Assembly: GCA_964016885.1 (NCBI GenBank)
Contig: OZ024746.1
Coordinates: forward strand, 71,734,001-71,798,000
Source of the DNA: Eledone cirrhosa
Lineage: Eukaryota
Length of the DNA: 64,000 nt
Direction: 5' to 3'
The notes beneath the pieces are model-generated. The model saw nothing but the letters and a program-made list of their open reading frames with translations, searched no databases and was not told the origin of the DNA. A program made the position numbers and the translations under genes. Positions 27,811 to 40,423 of the stretch are shown one piece after another; positions within the stretch are counted from its first letter, which is position 1; each line of letters opens with the position of its first letter.

Positions 27811-28206
27811 TCAAATATAACAGAAAGAAAAGGCAAAATAAAGATACCTAACAAAGAACAACATGGGAAACTGTTCGTGTAGAACCCCACAATGAGGGAT
27901 CACAGTTCCCATGACTTTCAGGAAACATTTTTCCACGCTCAGAGTTGCTGAAGCATGGAACAAACTACCTGCATCGGTTGTTAGCTGTTGAGACACTGCA
28001 TCCTTTAAGGCCTCCATGCTTCCCGAGATCCGCCAACACTACACCTAATGTTCCCCCTCCATACACATACACACATGTATACCATGACTCATACACTATT
28101 CACTTCCCTGACATTTGTGTATTATTCTATGTACTATACATACACCTTTGATGAGTTGTAGTGCACCTGAGCACTTTACACAATAATTTCATTATTATTA
28201 TTATTA
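27811..28206 (+). mobile_element. CR1-clade LINE 3' end with (ATT)n tail
   Basis: Encodes FRKHFSTLRVAEAWNKLPASVVS..TASFK (CR1 ORF2 C-terminal motif), followed by a 3'UTR and 'cattattattattatt'. Confidence 0.8.
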
Positions 28207-28698
28207 ACACTACATTACCCACAACAAAAACAGCGATAGTAAAAACAAGATAATACACATGTCACCAGCATCACAACGTCAGCATCAACGACCCACAACA
28301 AAAACAGCAGCAAGCAAAATGTAATCACAAACATACCACAACAACAACAGCGACAACATCAACAAGACGAATACAAACTAAACTCAGCCACTACTATTCT
28401 ACGATATATAAAAGAAAAAAAAAAAATTTTAAACACTAACACTACCTAATTGCAAACAACAAAACATAGCAGTAGATACCTACCTACTAGTGAGTAACTT
28501 ATTAACAAACATTTCCTGTGTTAAACTAAGTTTATTGTTAAAAAAGATGGACCTAAAAGCTGTGCACATTTCCGTGGTCGGAAATACAACTCGTCAATGG
28601 ATAAAAACTCTAAAATATTTCCAATATGTATGTTGGTGCCAGGAACCATTGCGTGTGTATGTATGTATGCATGTAAATACGTACATATATGTGTGTGC

Positions 28699-28740
<42 letters not shown>

Positions 28741-28843
28741 AAGTATGTGTGTGTGTGTATAGTTAAATTCCTTATTTTACACACTCTAAAGATTTCCGCC
28801 TGCAGCCAGAAGCCAGAAATCAGGTGGTGGAAGTAGTAAAGTA

Positions 28844-28898
<55 letters not shown>

Positions 28899-28975
28899 CA
28901 TACATACAACATACATACATACATACATACATACATACATACATACATACATACATACATACATACATACATACA

Positions 28976-29083
<108 letters not shown>

Positions 29084-29811
29084 CATACATAAATATATAT
29101 ATATATACATATATTCATATACATATATATACACATATATATCAAAATGACGAGTGTTGGTAATGAGCGACAAGAGAACGGGAGCGCAAAAGGCAGAAAT
29201 ATAAAGGAATTAGTATAGGAAACATTGACATACCATAAATTTGTATTTTTATTTTTAAAAATGGATCAACAACACCAACAACAGTAAGAACAACACCAAT
29301 AGCAACAATAACAACAATAGAATTAGTAACAACAACAGCAGCAACATAGACAACAACAGAAACAGTACCAATAAGAACAACACCGTACAAAGGTGTAATT
29401 TTAAAAAAAGTAACTGGAAAAATAAAGAGATAGCGATGATAAATATATTTAAGCGGAAGTTGTACAGATGATTTAATGTTGTCGTAAATAACAAATTACT
29501 ACCAACTTCACATCAAATCATGTTTTATACGAGAGTTAAACATTATTATTGTTGCATTTGTTGATAATTTCTAGTCAATTATATACACTACATTTTTGTT
29601 GTTGTTCTGTTGTTTTGCTCTTTTTCTTTTCATGGGTAACAGTGGAGGCATGATTTTTGTGTTTTTGTTTGTTTCTGTGTTTGCCATTATCCATTTTTTT
29701 TTACTTGTATTTTAGACGTTTACTCTTTCTTTCGTCTATATATCTGTCTGTCTATCTATCTATAATACTTATGTATTTATCTGTCTCTGTATACATCTAT
29801 CTATCATACAA

Positions 29812-30095
29812 ACATGATGATGGCTGCAATTTGATTTCGAGTAATGCCATCGCTTGATACTTCAGCTCGAGCATCATAGACGTGGCTTTTTAGCCCTGTT
29901 AGAGACTTGCCTATGGCCAGTAATACCATACATCGCAAAAGAATTTCACATATTAAGCGATGCCTGTGATTGAAGACTTTTTTATGTGAGGAAAGGCTTT
30001 GCACGGAGGCCATCCTACTCTCTGAACATCGAATGTATTTACCCAAAATGAAGAACTGGTCTACATCATTGGATGCAGAGATGTCTTTATGAAGA
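29812..30095 (-). mobile_element. Diverged RTE-derived short element
   Basis: Minus strand ...ASNDVDQFF...GKSLTGLKSHV..., homologous to 21408-22007. Confidence 0.6.
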
Positions 30096-30205
30096 CTAGG
30101 AGTATCTATCATACATACATGCATGCATACATACATACATACATACATACATACATACATACATACATACATACATACATACATACATACATACATACAT
30201 ACATA

Positions 30206-30470
30206 GAAATACCTGATTCACAAAAGAGATAGGGATGCAGGCAAAACACCTAGATGTAATAACAAGTGCAGACTCTGCAGAACTAACATCGAAGATATCG
30301 CCCATGTCATCAGCAGCTGTCCAAAGATGTCATCGCGGTACTATCAACCTATGAGGCTTGATGTAGTGTCCAAAACACTGTACAATGCAATCCATAAAAA
30401 ACATAGCCCCGATAATAAACACATTAAAAGCTACAGCAATTTGGAAGACATCCATGTACATAATATGAAA
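30206..30470 (+). pseudogene. R2-superclade (R4/Dong-like) non-LTR retrotransposon fragment: CCHC zinc knuckle
   Basis: KCRLCRTNIEDIAHVISSCPKMSSRYYQPMRLDVV matches the CxxC-H-C plus 'Y..RH(D/N).V' pattern that precedes the restriction-like endonuclease. Confidence 0.75.
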
Positions 30471-30489
30471 GAGAACATACATACGTACA

Positions 30490-30942
30490 TGGTGGCTGCC
30501 AACACGTTTTCGAGTACGCCCACTACTTTATGTCCATATAGGAGAACCCCTACCAATGCGCTGAACGAGTGTGACTGTTTAGTCCAGCCTGCGACTTGAA
30601 AACTCTGGTACAAACACTACACTTGTGACAATTATTGACACATAGTGCTGGGCCCATGGTACCATGTGATGACAAGTGCAGAGGGATCTCCAGATACAAA
30701 GCAATGCCTGTGCCGTGAAGCTTTTATAGTGAGCAAAGGCACTGGACAAAGCCAATCCCACTCTCTTAACCAAGATGATATTTACCATAAAGAAGAACAA
30801 GTCAACATCATTGGATACCATCAGGGTTGCAGGTGTTATATCAGAGTTTTCCTTCTCCTAGAATTCTGCCTTGACAAAAGCTAAGGGGTCATCTCTCCCG
30901 GTGATTTCGGATGGCCATTGACTCTTAAGAGCTCCTTTGCCC
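30490..30942 (-). mobile_element. RTE-derived short non-autonomous element (5'-truncated)
   Basis: Highly similar to 21408-21852. Confidence 0.75.
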
Positions 30943-31282
30943 TTACATACATACATACATAAATAAATGCATATACACGTGTACAGATACAAAGCATATA
31001 TACATGCACACATACAACTCAAAACATCCACATCCACATATGCAATAACATCCATATCTACACATGCATGCATACATATCTACCTAGTTGACGTTGTGTA
31101 AATTCCAATGAGAGAGTCTTGTGTCTATGTTAGAAACCGACTCTCTCTCTATTGGTAAAACTTTGTGAAATTATAAAACCAGAACATACATACATACACA
31201 CACATACATACATACATGTTTCGATGCACACGTGAGTGAGTGTATGTGTTTATGTGTATATGTATTTGTATATTTAATCACA

Positions 31283-31390
<108 letters not shown>

Positions 31391-31525
31391 TGCAGACACA
31401 TTTTTATGTGTGTATAGAATATGCATAAATATAGATATATATACATACGTATATATGTAACTAGCTATATGTATACGAATGTGATACACACATAATATCA
31501 AATATTTTCACTCGCACGAACACAC

Positions 31526-31651
<126 letters not shown>

Positions 31652-31707
31652 GCATATATATATACGTATATATATATATATATACACGTATATATATATA
31701 TATCTAC

Positions 31708-31822
<115 letters not shown>

Positions 31823-32227
31823 TGTATGTATGTATGTATGTATGTATGTATGCATGTATGTATGTATGTATGTACATATATAAGGAAAGCACAAACAGTG
31901 GACAGTCCCTTCTTCAGTTGTCTGCTGGATGTCACAGACATTTCAACGCATTAAAGACAATATGTCTAACTCCAGAGCGTCAATAACTTGTGAAAATGTG
32001 TGTGTATAAACATATACACACAGTAAACGACGTTCGTTTCACGTTTTTTGTTTGTTTGTTTTTTTTAGCTTACAATCAACAAAGCAAATGAACAATAACT
32101 TTTACTGGTTTCAATCGTTCAAATTGTCTATAGACATATTGGGGCAACCTATCTTAGTTTTTTACTTATTATATCAATCTCTACTTGCTGAACTGCTAGT
32201 GGAGAGATGGGATGAGAGATAGGGCTG

Positions 32228-33765
32228 AAAGAAAGTCTAGAATGAGTGGTTGAAGGAAAGAGAGAAAGACTAGAATGAGTTGTTGAAGGAAAGAGAGAAA
32301 GACTTGAATGAGTGGTTGAAGGAAAGAGAGAAAGACTTGAATGAGTGGTTGAAGGAAAGAGAGAAAGACTAGAATGAGTGGTTGAAGGAAAGAGAGAAAG
32401 ACTAGAATGAGTGGTTGAAGGAAAGAGAGAAAGACTTGAATGAGTGGTTGAAGGAAAGAGAGAAAGACTAGAATGAGTGGTTGAAGGAAAGAGAGAAAGA
32501 CTAGAATGAGTGGTTGAAGGAAAGAAAGACTAGAATGAGTGGTTGGAGGAAAGAGAGAAAGTCTAGAATGAGTGGTTGAAGGAAAGAGAGAAAGACTAGA
32601 ATGAGTGGTTGAAGGAAAGAGAGAAAGACTAGAATGAGTGGTTGAAGGAAAGAGAGAAAGACTAGAATGAGTGGTTGAAGGAAAGAAAGACTAGAATGAG
32701 TGGTTGAAGGAAAGAGAGAAAGTCTAGAATGAGTGGTTGAAGGAAAGAGAGAAAGACTAGAATGAGTGGTTGAAGGAAAGAGAGAAAGACTAGAATGAGT
32801 GGTTGAAGGAAAGAGAGAAAGACTAGAATGAGTGGTTGAAGGAAAGAGAGAAAGACTTGAATGAGTGGTTGAAGGAAAGAGAGAAAGACTAGAATGAGTG
32901 GTTGAAGGAAAGAGAGAAAGACTAGAATGAGTGGTTGAAGGAAAGAAAGACTAGAATGAGTGGTTGGAGGAAAGAGAGAAAGTCTAGAATGAGTGGTTGA
33001 AGGAAAGAGAGAAAGACTAGAATGAGTGGTTGAAGGAAAGAGAGAAAGACTAGAATGAGTTGTTGAAGGAAAGAGAGAAAGACTAGAATGAGTGGTTGAA
33101 GGAAAGAAAGACTAGAATGAGTGGTTGAAGGAAAGAGAGAAAGTCTAGAATGAGTGGTTGAAGGAAAGAGAGAAAGACTAGAATGAGTGGTTGAAGGAAA
33201 GAGAGAAAGACTAGAATGAGTGGTTGAAGGAAAGAGAGAAAGACTAGAATGAGTGGTTGAAGGAAAGAGAGAAAGACTTGAATGAGTGGTTGAAGGAAAG
33301 AGAGAAAGACTAGAATGAGTGGTTGAAGGAAAGAGAGAAAGACTAGAATGAGTGGTTGAAGGAAAGAAAGACTAGAATGAGTGGTTGAAGGAAAGAGAGA
33401 AAGACTAGAATGAGTGGTTGAAGGAAAGAGAGAAAGACTAGAATGAGTGGTTGAAGGAAAGAGAGAAAGACTAGAATGAGTGGTTGAAGGAAAGAGAGAA
33501 AGACTAGAATGAGTGGTTGAAGGAAAGAGAGAAAGACTAGAATGAGTGGTTGAAGGAAAGAGAGAAAGACTAGAATGAGTGGTTGAAGGAAAGAGAGAAA
33601 GACTAGAATGAGTGGTTGAAGGAAAGAGAGAAAGACTAGAATGAGTGGTTGAAGGAAAGAGAGAAAGACTAGAATGAGTGGTTGAAGGAAAGAGAGAAAG
33701 ACTAGAATGAGTGGTTGAAAGATAGAGAGAAAGACTAGAATGAGTGGTTGAAGGAAAGAGAGAAA
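32228..33765. repeat. 33-bp minisatellite (~46 units) with 29-bp variants
   Basis: Unit 'agactagaatgagtggttgaaggaaagagagaa'; it produces the 11-aa repeat pseudo-ORF. Confidence 0.95.
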
Positions 33766-34078
33766 ACCAAGCTAGTAAACAGGGTAACAGAAATATAGTA
33801 GAGAAAATAAACGAAAGCGGAAACGTAGTCTGGCTTGCCAATTATTCAATATACAATGACTGATATTTGTGCGTATGGCTAAAACGAATCGAATAAGACA
33901 TTTATTCACAAAAACAGTTCGTTGCAAAAAAGCCTTATTCAGTAAACTTCTATGGTAACACACGGTACAGCTAATTCCAGGTGGAAATACAGAGATACTA
34001 TTGTATTCGTCAAGTTAACATTTTGTAATATGTGCAGAAATATATTGGGCACCGCCGGGTGCATGGGCTAGTATAGTC

Positions 34079-34164
<86 letters not shown>

Positions 34165-34169
<5 letters not shown>

Positions 34170-34252
34170 TTCTATATTAAATATTTATACTCTGCTTTGT
34201 ATTGAGTACCTTACTTACTGTGGTTACCCCCGATTGAACCTGGGATAAACTT
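34165..34252 (+). mobile_element. Family A tail fragment
   Basis: 'ttctatattaaatatttatactctgctttgtattgagtaccttacttactgtggttacccccgattgaacctgggataaact(ta)n'. Confidence 0.7.
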
Positions 34253-34267
34253 ATATATATATATATA

Positions 34268-34477
34268 TAACGAAGGAATTGTGGTAAGGAACCAAATGGA
34301 CAATAACGCACCAGAGTACTCAATACTTAGGTTAGTAGAGCGGAAAATAGGAAAAAGTATGACTTCGACGGCAGAGCTCAAGCCGTTTCGAAGGCTATTT
34401 CTGGACTCCTGAAATAGCCGTCGTCCAGAAATAGCCGTCGAAACAGCTTGAGCTCTGCCGTCGGGGTCATACTTTTT

Positions 34478-34482
<5 letters not shown>
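34268..34482. mobile_element. Family B fold-back element with duplicated junction
   Basis: Long arm to 'tttctggactcc', then 'gaaatagccgtcg' twice, then a short arm ending 'cctat(at)n'. Confidence 0.8.
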
Positions 34483-34534
<52 letters not shown>

Positions 34535-35234
34535 TATGTAAATGTAAATCTTTATATTTGATAATCTCCCATACGGTTGAGATGCAATTTAGGGGGTATT
34601 GGGCTGCGCTTTCTAGCAACCAGCCCACTCGCCGTAAGGCACCAATGACATTTTTTCTGACTTGACCACTACCACATCACAGTTCTTAGCCATTTTTCAA
34701 TTCGTTTCTGGCGGGGATCATTTAAGAAAAATTTTCTTTCAAGTGAGTTTGTTTCCTGATGATTTCGAAACTCGTGAATTTATCCTTGATCAGATATTTC
34801 CAAAAAGCGAATGAAATCTCTTGGGGTAGAAACATAATTTTGGTATGTTTATATGCTTTTTTTCTTCTAACTTTGATTTTATACCTGGTTGTGTATGGTT
34901 GACGATATATTTAATCGATTTCCACGTGCTATTAGAAATGCTGGGTAAATATTCTATAGCTGTTGATCGCGGATAGATAGCTGTCGTTTATTTATCTATT
35001 ATTTTTTCATAGGTGCCTTTTAATCTTATAGCCTTGTTTAATTGGTTTTTTGTGTGGTTGATTATGCTGATTGGGAGAGGAAATAATGCATATATTTTAT
35101 CAAATGATTCTATGGACATATTTTAGTGTATATATATATATATAGAGAGAGAGAGAGTGAGAGAGAGGGAGATAGAGGTGTGTGTGGGGGGGGGGGTATA
35201 TGAAGACATATATAAGCATATATGATACAATGTG

Positions 35235-35437
35235 AAGGCACGTGGCTGAGTTGGATTCGCAATCGTGAGGTTGCGTGTTCGATTCCCGGACAGGGCGATG
35301 CGTTATGTCCTTGAGCAAGACATTTTATTTCATGTTGCTCCTTCTACCTGGATTTGCGACTGATAGATAGTATTAGTAATTGGAAAGAACCACGGAAACG
35401 TTGTTTCCTCGGTCCGATTTGACGAAAGTCGATCGAC
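35235..35437 (+). mobile_element. tRNA-derived SINE family 2
   Basis: 'gtggctgagttg...gtgttcgattcc' (A/B boxes) then 'tgtccttgagcaagaca'. Other copies at 42988-43200 (+) and 63322-63498 (-). Confidence 0.8.
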
Positions 35438-35489
35438 TGTTGATATGATACAATAAACATATGGGTAGCTTCACTGTCGACGAGTAATG

Positions 35490-35905
35490 TTTTTTCGCAA
35501 GAAAAAAGTTATAATTTTCTCTATTTTCTTCTTTGAATATATCATAGAGTTGCCAGTATATTCTGCGAGTATCAGACAACGGTGTTTCAAGATTAGTTAA
35601 TCTTTCATCAGTGACACACTCTCAGAACATACTCGCACACTGGGCTAGAATAGACTATATAGTATTTTGCGCGATGATCACATGTCGGACATGCTCATTT
35701 GCATATAGCAAATAGAAAACATGCAAATGACCACTTCCAGCCAATGTTTTCTATTAACGAATCTCGAAACACCGTTGCCTGGTACTCTAAAAATATACTG
35801 ATATATTCATAGAGGAAAAAGGAGAAACATATAATGTTTTTTGTTTCGTTTCGTTACGAAGAAATATTTTTCATCGGCAGCGAGGCTAACAATATGTTTA
35901 TTGTA
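35490..35905. mobile_element. Family G element with hammerhead on the minus strand (35567-35619) and an inverted partial copy
   Basis: Minus strand GTGTCA-CTGATGA-AAGATT-AACT-AATCTT-GAAAC-ACCGGT-TGTC-TGATAC; inverted arm 'attaacgaatctcgaaacaccgttgcc' at ~35754. Confidence 0.75.
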
Positions 35906-35997
35906 TATCAACGTATTATATATGTTTATATATCTACTTCCATTATGCTTAAACGCTGTCAGTCAAATAAATATGTATATATATATACACACACATT

Positions 35998-36181
35998 GTG
36001 GATTGACAGTATCAGTAGAGGGTCGGACGCCATGCTTTGCAGCAAAGAGTCGGCCCTTTATGGTCTGAGTTCAAATCCTGCCGGGGTTAACTTTGCCTTT
36101 CATCCTTACGGGGTCGATAAAATAAAGTACCAGTAATACACTGGGTAATTTGCTGGCCTTGTGCCAAAAGTAGAAACAATT
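35998..36181 (+). mobile_element. SINE family 1 copy
   Basis: Near-consensus match. Confidence 0.9.
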
Positions 36182-36212
36182 AGATATATATTTATGTACA
36201 TACATATATATA

Positions 36213-36265
<53 letters not shown>

Positions 36266-36268
36266 GCA

Positions 36269-36316
<48 letters not shown>

Positions 36317-36319
<3 letters not shown>

Positions 36320-36477
36320 CGAAGGAAATGTGGTAAGGAACCAGGTGGACCATAACGCACCAAAGTACTCAATACTTAGGGTAGTAGAGTGGGTAATAGG
36401 AACGAGTAGGACCCCGACGGCTGAGCTCAACCAGGTCGAAACGGCTTGAGCTCAGCCGTCGGGGTCCTACTCGCTCC

Positions 36478-36480
<3 letters not shown>
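36317..36480. mobile_element. Family B fold-back element
   Basis: (TA)n-'taacgaaggaaatgtgg...ggctgagctcaa-ccag-gtcgaaacggcttgagctcagccgtcggggtcctactcgctcctat'-(TA)n. Confidence 0.85.
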
Positions 36481-36534
<54 letters not shown>

Positions 36535-36714
36535 TTAATACAATAACAGAGATAGTTTAAAGCTAAACTCTGACTGGTATCCATCTCACTCAACAAACAT
36601 TAGGTTATATTTTAATATAAACCCAATTTAAGTGTTTGGGGTGCTAACAATATGTATAATGTGGAAAAACCAGTTGTGTTATTTTATGAGATATAATTAA
36701 AGTTAAAATACATC

Positions 36715-36794
<80 letters not shown>

Positions 36795-37234
36795 TAGGTG
36801 TGTTGGTTATATGCACCCTGTGTGTGTAGGTAGGTAGCTAGGTAGTGGGGTAGGTAGGTAGGCCATTGCATATATATTTATCTATTTATTTATTCATAGG
36901 GCTATTAATTTCTGATTTAAAATGAAATCTATTATAATTACTATTTACTTGTCTGCCCTTTCTTGAAACCCCCACCCACCACCACCACCACCATGACAAC
37001 CTTCATCACCTTCACCCCCCCCCCCACCCCCCACCCCCGCCCCACCTTCCTTCTTTAGAACGACGTTCATCTTGCATGTTGAACTTGGCTGGGTGGAGAA
37101 CTAGGAACAGTTAGAGGAGATGACTAGAGGGGAGAACAAATGAACGCTGTGTGCGTTCGGTAAAGTGGGGAAGGGGGTAGCGGGAGGTGGGGTGGCGGGA
37201 TGATGATGTTGAAGATGATGATGATGGAACTGGA

Positions 37235-37322
37235 GAAGAAGAAGAAGAAGAAGAAGAAGAAGAAGAAGAAGAAGAAGAAGAAGAAGAAGAAGAAGAAGAA
37301 GAAGAAGAAGAAGAAGAAGAAG

Positions 37323-37360
<38 letters not shown>

Positions 37361-37427
37361 CCACAACAACAATTCAGAATAGAAAGAACAGAAGAAGAAG
37401 AAGAAGAAGAAGAAGAAGAAGAAGAAG

Positions 37428-37475
<48 letters not shown>

Positions 37476-37573
37476 TCAGAATAGAAGAAGAAGAAGAAGA
37501 AGAAGAAGAAGAAGAAGAAGAAGAAGAAGAAGAAGAAGAAGAAGAAGAAGAAGAAGAAGAAGAAGAAGAAGAA
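37235..37573. repeat. Compound (GAA)n/(CAA)n array with repeated 'caattcagaataga' spacer
   Basis: Seen directly. Confidence 0.9.
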
Positions 37574-37735
37574 TGAGGAGAAGTAGAATGAAGGAAAACG
37601 AAGAAAAATAAAAGATGAAGAAGAAAGGTAAAGAAAAATGAGGATAAGAAGAAAGTTGGAAGGAAAAGAAAAAAAGAGAGAAAAGAATAAGGCAGTGTTC
37701 TTATGCGGTGACGAATGCTGGAGTTTAATTTAGAG

Positions 37736-37899
37736 CAGTCATGGGCAATCTGTGGCCCGTGAGCCGCATGTGGCCCGTTTGGCTTTCTGAATGGCACGCC
37801 TAATTCCAAAATTGCTTTGAATTTTTTAGTATTGCGGCCCGTCATATGATAAGCCACATTCTATGCGGCCCACTGCTCGAAAAAGGTGACCCATACCTG
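37736..37899. mobile_element. hAT (Charlie-like) MITE, 164 bp
   Basis: Ends CAGTCATGGGCAA...TGACCCATACCTG, internal (T/C)GGCCC repeats, and imperfect 8-bp TSD atttagag/acgtagag. Confidence 0.75.
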
Positions 37900-38217
37900 A
37901 CGTAGAGGCTGGAGAACTAGTTAATTTGTGTATATTTTGTTGACCCTGATTCGATCCCACTGAGTGGGATCTTGAGCAAAGACTTGAGTGTTTGCTTAAT
38001 GTTATACCGAGGGAGATTTAGTACAACAGTGCATGACAGGCTGGCCCGTAGAACATTTTTTGTTTTTTTCTAACTGATTGGACTGGAGCAACCTAGAATA
38101 AAATGTTTTACTCAAAGACACATCAAGCCGCCAGGTACCAAACTCACAACCTTACACTCATGATACGAACCTTCTAATCCCTAAGCCGTGCGCCTCTATT
38201 ATACTTGTGTATACACA

Positions 38218-38250
<33 letters not shown>

Positions 38251-38253
<3 letters not shown>

Positions 38254-38676
38254 AAAGTTCTATTTAAATTGTTGGGATACAACAAGCAAATATTTTTATA
38301 ACTGATATAAAGCACTCGACAAGGATTTGGAGTAAATATACGATATTAACAAATGGAAACTATATTTATAAAACCATATCTATTTTATTATACATATTTC
38401 AAGGAGACCATGTTAAATTATGGTATGCTTTCCTCAGACAAAATACAATATATACCAGTTTTATAAAACTGGTATATATTGTATTTTGTCTGAGGAAAGC
38501 ATACCATAATTTAACATGGTCTCCTTGAAATATGTATAATAAAATAGATATGGTTTTATAAATATAGTTTCCATTTGTTAATATCGTATATTTACTCCAA
38601 ATCCTTGTCGAGTGCTTTATATCAGTTATAAAAATATTTGCTTGTTGTATCCCAACAATTTAAATAGAACTTTTGC
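38251..38676. mobile_element. Perfect spacer-less 426-bp palindrome in (TA)n with one hammerhead per arm
   Basis: Centre at 38463/38464. The + arm (38482-38546) reads TATTTTGT-CTGAGGA-AAG..ACCAT..ATGGT..CTT-GAAA-TATGTA-TA-ATAAAATA; the mirror copy is at 38381-38445 (-). Confidence 0.85.
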
Positions 38677-38696
38677 ATATATATATATATATATAT

Positions 38697-38820
38697 ATAG
38701 GAACGAGTAGGACCCTCACTGGGGTCCTACTCGTTCTTATTACCCACTCTACTACCCTAAGTATTGAGTACTTTGGTGCGTTATGGTCCACCTGGTTCCT
38801 TACCACATTTCCTTCGTTAT
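38697..38820. mobile_element. Family B fold-back element (short hairpin, opposite orientation)
   Basis: 'gaacgagtaggaccc-tcactg-gggtcctactcgttc' followed by the tail to 'ccttcgtta(ta)n'. Confidence 0.8.
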
Positions 38821-38841
38821 ATATATATATATATATATATA

Positions 38842-39041
38842 TTTTTTTTATTTTATTTTATAGAAGGAGCTTCTACAGGACTAGTACTGTTTCATTCAGA
38901 TGAAATCTTCCTGAAGATTTCATCTGAATGAAACAGTACTAGTCCTGTAGAAACTCCTTCTATAAAATAAAAAAAGTTTACTCTGCCATGTATTGAGTAC
39001 CTTACTTACTGTGGTTATCCCCGACTCAACCCGGGACCTAC

Positions 39042-39043
<2 letters not shown>
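38842..39043. mobile_element. Family A fold-back element with hammerhead core at 38911-38944 (+)
   Basis: Near-perfect palindrome centred at ~38911; CTGAAGA-T-TTCA-TC-TGAA-T-GAAAC-AGTACT-AGTC; tail 'gtattgagtaccttacttactgtggttatccccg'. Confidence 0.8.
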
Positions 39044-39089
<46 letters not shown>

Positions 39090-39120
39090 ATGTATGTGTG
39101 TATATATATAGATATGGTTT

Positions 39121-39208
<88 letters not shown>

Positions 39209-39211
39209 GCA

Positions 39212-39247
<36 letters not shown>

Positions 39248-39424
39248 TGTATGTACACTGTCATATAAGTATTCATACATGGTCATACAAGATTATATAG
39301 TCACGAAGGCACGCGCACATTTAAATTATATTTACATCAAATTACAGAAGCGATAGAAATATACACAGAGCCGCCCAAACACGTGTATATTTATATATAC
39401 GTACAAATAGACATACGTATACAT

Positions 39425-39900
39425 AAATGGTGGTGGCGATGGTGGTAGTGGTGGTAGTAGTGGTGGCGATGGTGGTAGTGGTGGTAGTAGTGGTGGTAGT
39501 GGTGGTGGTAGTAGTGGTGGTAGTAGTGGTAGTGGTGGTGGTAGTAGTGATGGTAGTAGTGATGGTAGTAGTGATGGTAGTAGTGATGGTAGTAGTGATG
39601 GTGGTAGTAGTGGTGGTAGTAGTGGTGGTAAGTGTGAATGTGTTGGAGGAAGGGGCGGGGGGGGGGCTTGCTTAGTGGTGGTGGTAGTAGTGATGGTAGT
39701 AGTGATGGTAGTAGTGATGGTAGTAGTGGTGGTAGTAGTGGCGGGGGTGGTGGTGGTGGTGGTAGTGGTGGTGGTAGTGGCGGGGGTGGTGGTGGTGATA
39801 ATGGGGATAGTGATAGTGCTGGTGGTGGTGGTAGTGGTAGTGGTAGTGGTGGTGCTGGTGCTGGTGTTGGTGGAGGTGGCGGTGGAGGTGGCGGCGGTGT
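39425..39900. repeat. (GGT/AGT)n low-complexity tract
   Basis: Seen directly; it explains the poly-V/G/H/P ORFs. Confidence 0.9.
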
Positions 39901-40369
39901 TATATGGAACGGGATATGTCGTATTGTGTGTCTTTGGTATAACGTGTGTGTATGTGTTTGTATGTCTTTGGAATAACGTGTGTGTGTGTTTGTGTGCTTT
40001 GGTATAATGTGTGTGTGTTTGTGTGCGTTTGTATGCTTTGTCGTGTGTAAGGTTGCGTGTGTTTTGACGGCCGTTGGGTTGATGGGAGGAGTGAGATGTG
40101 AAGACAATTCCTTTCTTATTTTATTCTCTTTAATCGACGGTAAAAAAAGGGGTTGGATGGTGGGGATGACTGTATTTTGGTTGTTGGACTGAAGAAGCAC
40201 CTGCATCGCTCATTGTTCGAACCCGGAACAACCAGCCAACTTACCCGACCCCACCCCCCACCCCAAGGGTGTGTTTGCCATCTCTTTTCGAGTGTGCTTA
40301 AGTTACCCGCCCCCAAATTTCCAGCCATGACATACATGCACGCACATAAACACACACACACTTACACAC

Positions 40370-40423
<54 letters not shown>

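Noticed and set aside
32228-33841. 252-aa ORF, or a CRISPR-like array of 33-bp repeats
   Set aside because: Contiguous tandem units with no unique spacers and no cas genes, in a eukaryotic context. The ORF is the minisatellite frame.
34755-34780. CTGATGA...GAAAC hammerhead-like string
   Set aside because: No room for stem II and no stem I or III pairing.
40185-40330. Minus-strand donor CGG|GTAAGT and plus-strand CTGAAGA
   Set aside because: No matching acceptor or convincing frame, and no GAAA/stem for a ribozyme.
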